Notes under the pieces: model-generated
Told to the model about the DNA's origin: nothing
Database searches by the model: none
What the model saw: only the letters and a program-made list of their open reading frames with translations
Assembly: GCA_036497205.1 (NCBI GenBank)
Contig: DASXJV010000034.1
Span: 1-45,422, forward strand
Direction of reading: 5' to 3'
DNA length: 45,422 nt
Source of the DNA: Bradyrhizobium sp.
GTDB taxonomy: Bacteria > Pseudomonadota > Alphaproteobacteria > Rhizobiales > Xanthobacteraceae
Part shown: piece after piece, positions 9,410 to 19,092 of the stretch
Layout of the letters: the number at the start of each line of letters is the position of its first letter
Position numbering within the stretch: position 1 is the first letter of the stretch
Translations under genes and position numbers: made by a program

Positions 9410-9442
9410 AAAACAAAGGGCGGCAGATCCGCTCTGCCGCCC
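9410..9442 (-). terminator. Rho-independent terminator of the TorF gene
   Basis: GGGCGGCAGA-N5-TCTGCCGCCC stem followed on the minus strand by TTTGTTTT. Confidence 0.8.
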
Positions 9443-9463
9443 CCGTCGCCTCGATAGAATGAC

Positions 9464-10519
9464 TTACTTCAGGCTGGTCATCGCGGTCAGGTCAGCCGAC
9501 AGCTTGACGATGCCGGCCGCGCCGCACCAGTTCGAGCCGTAAGCCGACGCACCGTTGCCGGGATTGATCGCGGTTACGAAGGCAGGGCTGGCGTTGGTGG
9601 TCGAGTAGTCACTGGTGAATGCATTACACGCAGCCTTGGAGAGGTTGGTGTCGGAATAACGCAGATCGAGCGTGAACACCTTGTAGGTGAAGCCGATGCC
9701 GATATTCCAGGTGTTGTAGCTCGGCTCAGGAATGCCCCCCGTGTAGTTGGGGAAGCCTGCAAATTGAGTCACGCCATAAAAGGCATCCGAAGTGCCTAGC
9801 CACTGACGGCCGAACTCGCCGGAGACGTACATGCCGACACCGCTAGTGCCGAAAGTCGTGCTCGGAGCCGTCCACTTGCCGGTGATCGAAGCATAGTTGC
9901 CCCAAGCGCCCAGGTTCAGGAAGTTTGGCGAGTAGTATTCGGTGGCGCCGATCTGGAATTGGTCGTTCAGGGTCACGTTGACCTTGGCAAAGCCTTCATA
10001 AAAGCTGGCGCTTCGCTTGGCGACGTTGCCAGGGACGCCGGTCCCCAGGAAGGCGTTCGGCAGGTTTCCATTGAGAGAGCAGCCCAATTCCGAACCCGGA
10101 ATTCCCGAACCGGGGAACGCTGCAGAATTGAAGCACTGCCCGCCCGGATACAGGTAACCCCAAACGCCGAAGTCGAAGGCGAACATGCCGACCGTCGGGC
10201 GGATACCGCCGTAGATGTCGATTTCAGCCGCTGCGCGGTTCGGGAAGGAGATGCTTTCGCCGGCGGCACCGATGTACAGCTGCAGGTCCTTGTTGACGTT
10301 ATAGCGCGGCTCGAAATAGGCGGCGACCGAGGGCTTGTGGTTGGACTGGGTGATGCCGCGGAAGATGTAATCGTTCATGATGGCGCTGCCGAAGGCGAGA
10401 TCCCAGGGATCGAACGGCGCCGGCGGCGGCGCTTTAAGCGCCTTCACAGGCATATCCGCCGCGAAAGCCGAACCCGCAGTCATCGCGAGCACTGCCGCGG
10501 CCAAAACCAGTTTCTTCAT
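9464..10519 (-). CDS. TorF-family putative outer-membrane porin
   Basis: Signal peptide MKKLVLAAAVLAMTAGSAFA-ADMPVKA; NDYIFRGITQS, AEIDIYGG and LDLRYSDT motifs. Confidence 0.85.
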   Translation of the reverse strand: MKKLVLAAAVLAMTAGSAFAADMPVKALKAPPPAPFDPWDLAFGSAIMNDYIFRGITQSNHKPSVAAYFEPRYNVNKDLQLYIGAAGESISFPNRAAAEIDIYGGIRPTVGMFAFDFGVWGYLYPGGQCFNSAAFPGSGIPGSELGCSLNGNLPNAFLGTGVPGNVAKRSASFYEGFAKVNVTLNDQFQIGATEYYSPNFLNLGAWGNYASITGKWTAPSTTFGTSGVGMYVSGEFGRQWLGTSDAFYGVTQFAGFPNYTGGIPEPSYNTWNIGIGFTYKVFTLDLRYSDTNLSKAACNAFTSDYSTTNASPAFVTAINPGNGASAYGSNWCGAAGIVKLSADLTAMTSLK

Positions 10520-10860
10520 GACGATCCCCATTACTTTAACAGCCCGGTTCCGGCGCCCCCAGGGCAAGCGATAACTGACTGCAACCTAACCCGGCCACAA
10601 TCTGGAGCGCGCCATCCATTGCGTGAAGCAAAAATGACGAGCATCTGCTGCCTTTTTAGGCGTTATGACCATTCCGCGAAATCTTATCGACGGCTGTTGC
10701 ATTCCGACAACAGCCCCGACGGATTTCATTGTTGGTCAAGCGACCGGGCCGGCAAGTGCGAGCGTTCGACCTCCGGAGGACTGGATTAGCCCGGCCGATC
10801 GACCGACTGATCGAATCAGCCGCCTGGCTCAGCGCGGAGCCCGGCCCCGAGTCCCCAACG

Positions 10861-10894
10861 AAAAAAGGCCGCAGCGATTGCGCGCCGCGGCCTT
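10861..10894 (-). terminator. Rho-independent terminator after the histone-like gene
   Basis: Minus strand AAGGCCGCGGCG-N6-CGCTGCGGCC followed by T6. Confidence 0.75.
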
Positions 10895-10926
10895 GAAACG
10901 TGAACCGGTAACCGGGGCGTGCCCCG

Positions 10927-11361
10927 CTATTTGTTGTCGTCGTCTCCATTGGAAGACGACGGGCTCGACGAAGTCTCGCTGCCCGAATGCTCCCATGACG
11001 GTGCGGAGCTTGATGCAGGGGCACTGGGAGCCGCCCAACTCGGTGCCGCTTGGGCGGGCGTTGGAGCCGGCTTGGGTGCGGGAGCCGACGCTGGCTTTGG
11101 CGCAGCAGGCTTGGATGCGGTAGGTTTGGCAGCCGGAGCCGCCTTCTTTTTTGCAGGCGCCGCCTTCTTGGCGCTGGCCTTCTTGGCTGATTTTTTTGGT
11201 GCTGCCGCCTTCGACTTTTTGGCGGATTTCTTCGCAGACTTCGTGGCCTTTCTCGCCGATTTCTTCGACGATTTCTTCGCGGATTTTTTCTTCGCCGTCA
11301 GAAGTTTTTTCTTGTTCTTTTTACTCTTCTTGCCGCCTTTTTTCTTTTTGCCTTTAGCCAT
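10927..11361 (-). CDS. Histone H1-like Lys/Ala/Pro-rich basic protein
   Basis: AGGAGG RBS before ATG 11361 (MAKGKKKKGG); repeated KKSAKK and AAPK motifs; Ser/acidic C-terminal tail. Confidence 0.8.
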   Translation of the reverse strand: MAKGKKKKGGKKSKKNKKKLLTAKKKSAKKSSKKSARKATKSAKKSAKKSKAAAPKKSAKKASAKKAAPAKKKAAPAAKPTASKPAAPKPASAPAPKPAPTPAQAAPSWAAPSAPASSSAPSWEHSGSETSSSPSSSNGDDDNK

Positions 11362-11436
11362 CGTGATCCTCCTGTTGCCGCCGATCAATGTCTGTCGAGC
11401 GTTTCAAATCGTCCGCTTCCATGCGGGGCCAATCGA

Positions 11437-12756
11437 TTAGTTCAATCCTGGCCGGGGACCGCCCGTCGCCCAATCGAGAAGCTCAATCGTGTGCACCACA
11501 GGAACTGACGTGCCGCCGGCAATCTGAACCATGCATCCAATATTGCCCGCAGCAATCATGTCCGGCTTGACCATCGCAATATTGGCGATCTTTCGATCGC
11601 GCAATCTGCTCGCAATGTCAGGCTGGAGAATGTTGTACGTCCCCGCCGAACCGCAACACAAATGGCTCTCGGGTACATCTTTCACCACGAAACCGTTCTT
11701 GGAAAGCAATTCTTTCGGAAGCTGTGTGATTTTCTGTCCGTGCTGCAACGAACAGGCCGAGTGATAGGCGACAACCATATCGCTGTGTTGGTGCTGCGGC
11801 GGCAGCAAATCGATGCCGCTGACATACTCCGTGATGTCCTTGGCCAGCGCCGAAATCTTCGCGGCGGCGGATGCGAAATCGGGGTCCTCGCGCAGCATGA
11901 AGCCATAGTCCTTGATCACCGTGCCGCAACCGGATGTCGTCACAAGGATGGCGTCAAGGCCACCCCGCTCGGCTTCCGCGAGCCAAACGGAGATGTTGGC
12001 GCGCGCGCGCGCCAGTGCGTCGCCGTCGCGTCCGAGGTGATGGGTCAGCGCGCCGCAACATTGCTCGTCCTTGACCAGCACGACCTCGATGCCGTGACGC
12101 GTCAGCAGATTGACGGCGGCCTGATTGATGCGCGGCGCCAGCACCCGTTGGGCGCAGCCCTGCAGCAATGCGACACGTCCGCGCCTCGTGCCCAGGGCCG
12201 GAAAAACGCTTCCGCCGGCCGGCCCTGGCGCCGGCAGGCTGCGCGGCGCGAGAGCCAGCATCGCCCCGATTCGCCGGAATAACGTCGGCGACGTCGGGGC
12301 GGCTTTGGGGGTTGGCAGCAAGGCGGTCAGCGGCCGGCCAAGCCGCGCCAAAATCATGCTTAGGCGAAACAGTCCGGGCCGTGGCAGGACCCAGGCCAGG
12401 GCCGTACGCAACACCCGCTCGGTCAGCGGCCTTGTATATTCATTTTCAATCCTCACCCGCGCCTGATCGACCAGATGCATGTAGTTCACACCCGACGGAC
12501 AGGTGGTCATGCAGGCGAGGCAGGAGAGACAGCGGTCGATGTGCTTGACCACCTCCTGCGTCGGCGGCCGGTCCTTTTCCAGCATCTCCTTGATCAGATA
12601 GATCCTGCCGCGCGGGCTATCGAGTTCGTCGCCGAGCAGCACGTAGGTCGGACAGGTCGCGGTACAGAACCCGCAGTGCACGCAGGCGCGCAAAATCTTG
12701 TCGGCTTCCGCGATATCCGGATCGGCGAGTTGCGCGAGGCTGAATTCGGTTTTCAT
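11437..12756 (-). CDS. glcF: Glycolate oxidase iron-sulfur subunit
   Basis: Two CxxCxxCxxxCP ferredoxin motifs and two CCG domains; ATG 12756 overlaps the glcE stop (ATGA). Confidence 0.93.
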   Translation of the reverse strand: MKTEFSLAQLADPDIAEADKILRACVHCGFCTATCPTYVLLGDELDSPRGRIYLIKEMLEKDRPPTQEVVKHIDRCLSCLACMTTCPSGVNYMHLVDQARVRIENEYTRPLTERVLRTALAWVLPRPGLFRLSMILARLGRPLTALLPTPKAAPTSPTLFRRIGAMLALAPRSLPAPGPAGGSVFPALGTRRGRVALLQGCAQRVLAPRINQAAVNLLTRHGIEVVLVKDEQCCGALTHHLGRDGDALARARANISVWLAEAERGGLDAILVTTSGCGTVIKDYGFMLREDPDFASAAAKISALAKDITEYVSGIDLLPPQHQHSDMVVAYHSACSLQHGQKITQLPKELLSKNGFVVKDVPESHLCCGSAGTYNILQPDIASRLRDRKIANIAMVKPDMIAAGNIGCMVQIAGGTSVPVVHTIELLDWATGGPRPGLN

Positions 12757-13991
12757 GTCGCGGACCCTCGTGTCAGCCGGCCACGATTGAGGATGTTTTT
12801 CGGATCGAAGCTGTGGCGGACGCGTTCGCCCAACGCGGCAAGGCCGCCTTGCTGGGGATGAAATACGTCGACGTTGCGTCGTACCTGCTCGGACGCGCGC
12901 AAGAGCGTGGCGTGGCCGCCGACGGCATTGACGCGTTGACGCACCAGCGCAGCTTGGGCATCGGGTTTGGGCGGCAGGGCCGCCCAGATCAGGCCGCCGC
13001 CCCAATCATAGATCACGTCGCCGCCGGTGTCTCGCGCCAGCGCCTGACCGAGCCCGCCGCCGGAGGCCGGCGGACAGACAATCCGCCACACCGGCCACAC
13101 TCCCAACGCGCCGTCGGCCGCGAACGGCTGAACGTCGCGAACGGAACTCCAGATCGCCATTGAGGCAGCATCTTCGACAATCTGCGCCGTCCCAAACGGC
13201 GCCAAGGCCTCACCGAGCGCGGTCGCGCGATGGGCAGCCGACGCCGTAATACCCTCCAGCCGCAGCAAGGTGACCGCCGCTCGCGGCGATCCAAGATCAC
13301 TCAACCCGCCGACCGCCGCTCGAAACGCCGAATTCGGCACGTGCGCCGCGCCGGACACGTCGAACGGCGAGCCCAGCGCCGCCGTCATCGCCCTGTTGGC
13401 GGTGAGGTCATCCAGCCCCTGCAGCACCAGCGTGCGTTCGCTCTCGGGCCTCGGCATGACCTTCAAGGTCACTTCCGTGATGACCGCGAGCGTGCCCCAG
13501 GATCCCGCCAGCAGTTTGCAAAGATCGTAGCCCGTGACGTTCTTCACCACCCGGCCGCCGGTCTTGAAACTATCGCCGAAACCCGACACTGCATGCGCGC
13601 CCAATAGATGGTCGCGCGCGCCACCGGCCTTGATGCGGCGGGGACCTGCCAGTCCGGCGCCGATCAAGCCCCCGATGGTTCCGATGTTTGGCGTGCCCAG
13701 CAACGGCGAGGTGTTGACCGGTTCGAATGCGAACTGCTGATTTTTGGAGTCGATCAGCGACAGCACGTCGGCGAGCGGCGCGCCCGCCTGGACAGTGATG
13801 ATCAGCTCGTTCGGTTCATAGGCCGCCACCGCATTCAGCGCCGACAGGTCGAGCAGCGCATTGGTCGCCATCGGCTGGCCGATCAGCCGCTTGCTGCCGT
13901 GGCCGACGATTTCAAGCGGCTGCTCGCTGGCTAGCGCCGCGCGCACCGCCTGCTCGACATCCTTGGCGTCACGTACTCTTTGGGTATCCAC
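12753..13991 (-). CDS. glcE: Glycolate oxidase FAD-binding subunit
   Basis: YEPNELIITVQAG, GGRVVKNVTGYDLCKL, YDWGGGLIW and FDPKNILNRG motifs; GTG start inferred. Confidence 0.92.
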   Translation of the reverse strand: MDTQRVRDAKDVEQAVRAALASEQPLEIVGHGSKRLIGQPMATNALLDLSALNAVAAYEPNELIITVQAGAPLADVLSLIDSKNQQFAFEPVNTSPLLGTPNIGTIGGLIGAGLAGPRRIKAGGARDHLLGAHAVSGFGDSFKTGGRVVKNVTGYDLCKLLAGSWGTLAVITEVTLKVMPRPESERTLVLQGLDDLTANRAMTAALGSPFDVSGAAHVPNSAFRAAVGGLSDLGSPRAAVTLLRLEGITASAAHRATALGEALAPFGTAQIVEDAASMAIWSSVRDVQPFAADGALGVWPVWRIVCPPASGGGLGQALARDTGGDVIYDWGGGLIWAALPPKPDAQAALVRQRVNAVGGHATLLRASEQVRRNVDVFHPQQGGLAALGERVRHSFDPKNILNRGRLTRGSAT

Positions 13992-14013
13992 GGGTTTATA
14001 TCTGCAGTTCGTA

Positions 14014-14184
14014 GTCATCGTCCGCCAACGGGTCGGCGAGAAGCGCCGCCCGATGACAGGCTCCAGCGGACGATCCAGTAATCGCAGGAGCCGCAGATAA
14101 CGTTCGACGGCGCGGAGTACTGGATACCCCGCTGGAGCCTGTCATCGGGCTCGCCAAAGGCGAGACCCGGTGGCGGGGTATGAC
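14014..14184. repeat. 171-nt palindromic REP/REPIN-like element with nested inserts
   Basis: GTCAT...ATGAC ends; perfect 22-bp inverted repeat 14048-14069 / 14129-14150; inner ATCCAGTA/TACTGGAT stem. Confidence 0.85.
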
Positions 14185-14210
14185 GACCGGAAAATGGGCG
14201 GATGTCATGC

Positions 14211-15704
14211 TCAAAACCTTGGAAGGTCGGGAAACGCGAGCTTGCCGCCATGGACATGCACGCGACCCAGTTCGGCGCAGCGGTGCAGGGTTGGAAATAC
14301 CTTGCCGGGATTGAGTAGCCCCTGCGCGTCGAAGGCGCATTTCAATCGCTGCTGCTGGTTGAGATCGATCTCGCTGAACATTTCCGGCATCAGGTCGCGC
14401 TTCTCGATGCCGACGCCATGTTCGCCGGTCAGGACGCCGCCGAGTTCGACACAGACCCTTAAGATATCGGCGCCGAAAGCTTCGGCCCGTTCCATCTCAC
14501 CGGGCTTGTTGGCATCATACAGGATCAGCGGATGCAGATTGCCGTCGCCGGCATGAAACACGTTGGCGACGCAGAGATCGTACTTTCCCGAAAGGTCGCG
14601 GATTCGCGCCAGGGCCTCCGGCAATTTGCCGCGCGGGATAGTGCCGTCCATGCAGAGGTAATCCGGCGAGATCCGCCCGACAGCTGGAAAGGCCGCCTTG
14701 CGGCCAGCCCAGAACAGATTCCGCTCCACTTCAGAATTGGAGATCTGGCACGTGGTCGAGCCGCAGCCTTGCGCGATCGCCTCGACCCGCTTGATCAGCT
14801 CATCCACTTCGACGCCGGGACCATCGAGTTCGATGATCAAAAGCGCCTCGACGTCGAGCGGATAGCCGGCATGGACGAAGGCTTCGGCGGCATGGATCGC
14901 CGGCCGGTCCATCATTTCCATGCCGCCCGGAATGATCCCGGCGCCGATGATCCGCGCCACGCATTCGCCGGCCGCCTCGACTTGCGCGAAGCCAACCATC
15001 AGCGCCCGCGCCGTCTCCGGCTTCTGCAGGATCCGCACTGTAACCTCGGTAATGACGCCCAGCAGGCCTTCGGACCCAGTGATGATTCCCATCAGGTCGT
15101 AGCCGCTGCTCTCAGCGGACTTGCCGCCGACCCTGATAATTTCGCCCGTGATCAGCACGATTTCGCACCCCAACACATTGTTGGTGGTCATGCCGTATTT
15201 CAGGCAATGCACGCCGCCGGAATTTTCCGCAACATTGCCGCCGATCGAGCAGGCAATCTGCGACGATGGGTCGGGTGCATAGTAGAACCCGGCGTGGGCG
15301 ACGGCCTGGCTGATGGCGAGGTTGGTGACGCCCGGTTCAGTCACGACCACGCGGTTGTCGAAGTCGATCTCGCGGATGCGCTTGAATTTGCCGAGTCCCA
15401 GCAGCACGCCATCGGCCAGCGGCAGCGCGCCGCCGGACAGCGAGGTGCCGGCGCCGCGCGGCACCACCTTGATGCCCTGCTCGAAGCAGTAATTTAGAAC
15501 CTGCGACACTTGTTCTGTGGTGTCCGGCAGCACCACGACCATCGGCGGCTGACGATAGGCCATCAGACCATCGGACTCGTAGGGCAGCATTTCGGCGGCG
15601 CTATCGATCACGCCCTCGCCGGGCACGATCGCGCGCAACGCCGCCACGATGGCGTCGCGGCGGTTCAGAACCGCGTCATCCGATGCGGGCATCATGATCG
15701 TCAT
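14211..15704 (-). CDS. glcD: Glycolate oxidase subunit GlcD
   Basis: VPRGAGTSLSGG, YAPDPSSQIACSIGGNVAENSGG, HAGDGNLHP and GEHGVGIEK motifs; GGGAG RBS before ATG 15704. Confidence 0.93.
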   Translation of the reverse strand: MTIMMPASDDAVLNRRDAIVAALRAIVPGEGVIDSAAEMLPYESDGLMAYRQPPMVVVLPDTTEQVSQVLNYCFEQGIKVVPRGAGTSLSGGALPLADGVLLGLGKFKRIREIDFDNRVVVTEPGVTNLAISQAVAHAGFYYAPDPSSQIACSIGGNVAENSGGVHCLKYGMTTNNVLGCEIVLITGEIIRVGGKSAESSGYDLMGIITGSEGLLGVITEVTVRILQKPETARALMVGFAQVEAAGECVARIIGAGIIPGGMEMMDRPAIHAAEAFVHAGYPLDVEALLIIELDGPGVEVDELIKRVEAIAQGCGSTTCQISNSEVERNLFWAGRKAAFPAVGRISPDYLCMDGTIPRGKLPEALARIRDLSGKYDLCVANVFHAGDGNLHPLILYDANKPGEMERAEAFGADILRVCVELGGVLTGEHGVGIEKRDLMPEMFSEIDLNQQQRLKCAFDAQGLLNPGKVFPTLHRCAELGRVHVHGGKLAFPDLPRF

Positions 15705-15820
15705 GTGGCTTCTCCCGGGGCGCTCGGGCGCAAGCATCGCGCTCGCGGATTGTCATGGGGAATCAAGCACGTCTGGACCGCTTTGGGTAGGTCGCCAAAG
15801 GGATGGGCAGACCGGGAACG

Positions 15821-15855
15821 CCAACTCTCCAGAAAACGCCCAACTCTCCAGAAAA
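15821..15855. repeat. 16-bp direct repeat in the glcD/cycA divergent region
   Basis: CCAACTCTCCAGAAAA at 15821-15836 and 15840-15855. Confidence 0.9.
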
Positions 15856-15961
15856 TGTGAGACCGATGAAACCCGGAAGCGTTCTGGCGGGCTTGTCCAC
15901 CGCGAACGCCCCATGCAACAAACGGCCGTAGAGCCACCCCCGAAACCACGAAGAGAACCTC

Positions 15962-16354
15962 ATGCAAAAACTGACATTGAGCGCGCTGGCCGTCATCGCA
16001 TTGTCGGCAGCCTCATCCACCGCGCCCGCGCAGGACGTCGCGGCCGGCAAAACGGCGTTCGTTAAATGCATGGCCTGCCACGCGATCGGCGAAGGCGCCA
16101 AGAACAAGGTAGGCCCGGAGCTCAATGGGCTGAACGGCCGCAAGTCCGGCACAGCGCCTGATTATTCCTATTCGGACGCCAACAAGAATTCCGGCATCAC
16201 CTGGAGCGAGGCCGAATTCAAGGATTACATCAAGGATCCAAAGGCGAAGATTCCCGGTACCAAGATGATATTCCCGGGTATCAAGAACGAGAAAGAAGTC
16301 AATGATCTCTGGGCGTTTCTCGCGCAGTACGACAAGGACGGAAAGACCAAGTAA
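15962..16354 (+). CDS. cycA: Cytochrome c550 (c2 class)
   Basis: Signal peptide; CMACH heme motif; KVGPELNG; IPGTKM distal Met. Confidence 0.9.
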   Translation: MQKLTLSALAVIALSAASSTAPAQDVAAGKTAFVKCMACHAIGEGAKNKVGPELNGLNGRKSGTAPDYSYSDANKNSGITWSEAEFKDYIKDPKAKIPGTKMIFPGIKNEKEVNDLWAFLAQYDKDGKTK

Positions 16355-16433
16355 GGGCCTCGCAACGGCCATCCGTCCAGCGCATGCACTCATAAATCCA
16401 AATCAGGCAGCTTCGCTCAATAATCGCGCCGCA

Positions 16434-19022
16434 TTAGCGAGCGACTGCCAATTTGAACTGATGTCTACGGCGCTGAAGCAGAATGACAGCTCCCAGCAGC
16501 AGCAAGGCGGGAATTGCAAACCAATAGCGGCTTGGCCGGTGCGCCGGCACCAGCACCGCGGTGATCTCATCTCCCGGAGCAAGGCCGTACTTGGTGGCCT
16601 CGCTGCCGAAGCTGACCAAGCTAATCGTGACCTTGTCGCCGAGAGTCGACAACGACAGCCCGGACCGCTGCAAGCGCTCGATTCCGGTCTTGCCCGAGCG
16701 CAGCGTCAGCCGCACCAGCTTTTCGACGTCTTGGCCAGCGCGCGACTGGCTCATGACCCGGAAGCGCAGGGTCGATCCCGGCGCGACCGTATCAACGACG
16801 CTCATAATGTCCGAAGCCGGCCGCGGATCGAATGGCGCTTGCAGCCGGTCGAGCCAATAGCCCGGCCGGAACAGAGTGAAGCAGATCAACAGCAACGCTA
16901 TTGTCTCGTACCAGCGGTTCCGCGTCACCAGCCAGTTTTGCGTGGCCGATACGAAACAGCCCATCGCAACGATCGAGCAGCCGACGATCAGCACGAAATG
17001 GGCGGAATCGCCGATATCGATCAGCAGCAGCTCGGTGTTGAAGATGAAGATGAAGGGAAGCAGTCCGGTGCGGATTTCATACCAGAATCCCTGAAGCCCG
17101 GTTTTGATGGGATCAGCGCCCGAGATCGCCGCGGCGGCATAAGCGGCCAAGCCGGCCGGCGGATGCACGTCGGCCATCAATCCGAAATAGAATACGAACA
17201 AGTGCACCGCGACCAGCGGCACCGCGAGTTCGTTCTGCTGGGCGACCTCGACCAGAACCGGAGCCATGAGGGTCGCAACCACCACATAGTTCGCGGTCGT
17301 CGGCATGCCGATGCCGAGAATCAGGCAGATCAGCGCGGTCAGCATCAGCATGGCCATCAGATTGCCGCCGGACGCTGTCTCGACGATCTCCGTCATCACC
17401 AAGCCGATGCCGGTCAGCGAAACCGCTCCGACGATAATGCCGGCGGCTGCCGTGGCGATCCCGACCGAGGTCATGTTGCGCGAGGCGCTCTGCAAGGCGG
17501 TAATGAGGTCATCGAAACCTTCGTGCATTCGCGCCGCCAAGGCGTGCTCGCCGCGAAACGCTGCAACCAGAGGGCGCTGGGTGACCATCATGAAAATGAG
17601 GAACAGCGTGCCCCAGAAGGCGGACAGGCCAGGCGACATTTCCTCCACCATCAGGCACCAGATCAGGACGATGACCGGCAGCAGGAAGTGCAGGCCGGTC
17701 CTCGCGGTATCGAAGAAGTCAGGCACTTTGACGATTGCCTTGGTGACATCGTCGAGAGCAAGGTCCGGATGCTTCGCCTTGTATCGGACAAGCGCGACGT
17801 AGGCCGCGAGCAGCGTTGCGCCGAGGATCCAGGTTGCCGCGTTTCCGAATACGGATTTGGTCCAGCCGATGCCCCAGTAGACAATGCCGCTCAAAATGAT
17901 GATGCCGCAGACGGTCATCACGGCGCGCAGCAACGAATGGTGGATGGGGGCGGTGGAGGACCGCGGCAGGCCGCGCAGCCCGAGCTTGGCCGCCTCGATA
18001 TCGACGATGTAGAACAGTGCACCGTAGGTGAGGAACGCCGGAAGGAAGGCGTGCTTGACGACTTCCGCATAGGTAATGCCGACATACTCCGCGATCAGGA
18101 ACGCCGCCGCGCCCATGACAGGCGGCATCAGTTGCCCGTTGACCCCGGCCGCAGCTTCGATTGCGCCTGCCTTCACGGCCGAATAGCCAACCCGCTTCAT
18201 CAAGGGAATGGTGAATGTGCCGGTCATCACCGTATTGGCGATCGAAGAACCGGAAATCATTCCGGTCATACCCGAGGCGACGACGCCCGCTTTCGCCGGC
18301 CCCCCGCGAAACGTGCCGAGCATGGCGAAGGCAAGCTGGATGAAATAATTTCCGGCGCCGGCCTTTTCCAGGAGGCTGCCGAACAGCACGAAGAAGAACA
18401 CTACGTTGGTCGATACGCCAAGCGCCACCCCGAAAATGCCTTCCGAGGTGAGCCACATCTGCGACGCGACGCGCGAGAGCGACGCGCCCTTATGCCCCAT
18501 CATGCCGGGCAGCCATGGCCCTGCGAAAATATAGACCAGCATCAGAGTAGCAATGATAGCGAGTGCTGGTCCAACGGCGCGCCGTGCGGCTTCGAGCAGC
18601 AGGACCACGCCGACCGTCGAAACCACGACGTCCGTCAACGTGGGCAAGCCCGGACGCAGCGAGATCTCACTGTAGAAGACGAGCAGATACGTCGCGGCGG
18701 CCACGCCGAGGGCCGCCAGGATCCAGTCGGTAATTGGAATTCGATTGCGCGGAGATGATTTCAGCGCCGGGAAGGTGGCGAAGGCGAGCAGGAACGCGAA
18801 GGTCAAATGAATGATGCGAGCCTGGCCGTCATTGATCACGCCGAAATGCAGCTTGTAGGGAAGCGGCGAAGCATACCAGAGCTGAAACAGCGCCCAGGCG
18901 AGCGAGATTGTGAAGATGTATGCCTTGCTGAAACCGGTTGGCTTGCGTCCGCCGGTATCGGCTTCAGCGACCATCGTTTCAAGCGTTTCTCGCACCGGCG
19001 CGGGTTGAATGCTGTCCGTCAT
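16434..19022 (-). CDS. TAXI-type TRAP transporter fused 4TM/12TM permease with a C-terminal DUF3394-like domain
   Basis: GGPAKAGVVASG, SGSSIAN, GQLMPPVMGAAAF, GIGMPTTANY and FYFGLMADVHPP motifs; start moved to ATG 19022 after a G-rich RBS. Confidence 0.9.
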   Translation of the reverse strand: MTDSIQPAPVRETLETMVAEADTGGRKPTGFSKAYIFTISLAWALFQLWYASPLPYKLHFGVINDGQARIIHLTFAFLLAFATFPALKSSPRNRIPITDWILAALGVAAATYLLVFYSEISLRPGLPTLTDVVVSTVGVVLLLEAARRAVGPALAIIATLMLVYIFAGPWLPGMMGHKGASLSRVASQMWLTSEGIFGVALGVSTNVVFFFVLFGSLLEKAGAGNYFIQLAFAMLGTFRGGPAKAGVVASGMTGMISGSSIANTVMTGTFTIPLMKRVGYSAVKAGAIEAAAGVNGQLMPPVMGAAAFLIAEYVGITYAEVVKHAFLPAFLTYGALFYIVDIEAAKLGLRGLPRSSTAPIHHSLLRAVMTVCGIIILSGIVYWGIGWTKSVFGNAATWILGATLLAAYVALVRYKAKHPDLALDDVTKAIVKVPDFFDTARTGLHFLLPVIVLIWCLMVEEMSPGLSAFWGTLFLIFMMVTQRPLVAAFRGEHALAARMHEGFDDLITALQSASRNMTSVGIATAAAGIIVGAVSLTGIGLVMTEIVETASGGNLMAMLMLTALICLILGIGMPTTANYVVVATLMAPVLVEVAQQNELAVPLVAVHLFVFYFGLMADVHPPAGLAAYAAAAISGADPIKTGLQGFWYEIRTGLLPFIFIFNTELLLIDIGDSAHFVLIVGCSIVAMGCFVSATQNWLVTRNRWYETIALLLICFTLFRPGYWLDRLQAPFDPRPASDIMSVVDTVAPGSTLRFRVMSQSRAGQDVEKLVRLTLRSGKTGIERLQRSGLSLSTLGDKVTISLVSFGSEATKYGLAPGDEITAVLVPAHRPSRYWFAIPALLLLGAVILLQRRRHQFKLAVAR

Positions 19023-19047
19023 CGCGTCCCCCACCTAACACACTGTC

Positions 19048-19082
19048 CAAAAGCGAAAGGGAGCGGCTCTTCTCCGCTCCCT
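19048..19082 (-). terminator. Intra-operon hairpin (attenuator or mRNA stabiliser)
   Basis: AGGGAGCGG-N7-CCGCTCCCT followed by TTCGCTTTT on the minus strand, between the TAXI SBP and the permease. Confidence 0.55.
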
Positions 19083-19092
19083 CCGCCGAAAA

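Noticed and set aside
10627-10662. Two GC-N11-GC NtrC-like sites upstream of torF
   Set aside because: Weak matches, and I found no correctly spaced GG-N10-GC sigma54 promoter on the minus strand.
10919-11440. 173-aa Phe/Ala-rich plus-strand ORF
   Set aside because: Mirror of the Lys-rich histone-like gene, which has the RBS and terminator.
16302-18758. 818-aa plus-strand ORF
   Set aside because: Antisense shadow of the TAXI permease; no motifs, and expected from high-GC codon bias.
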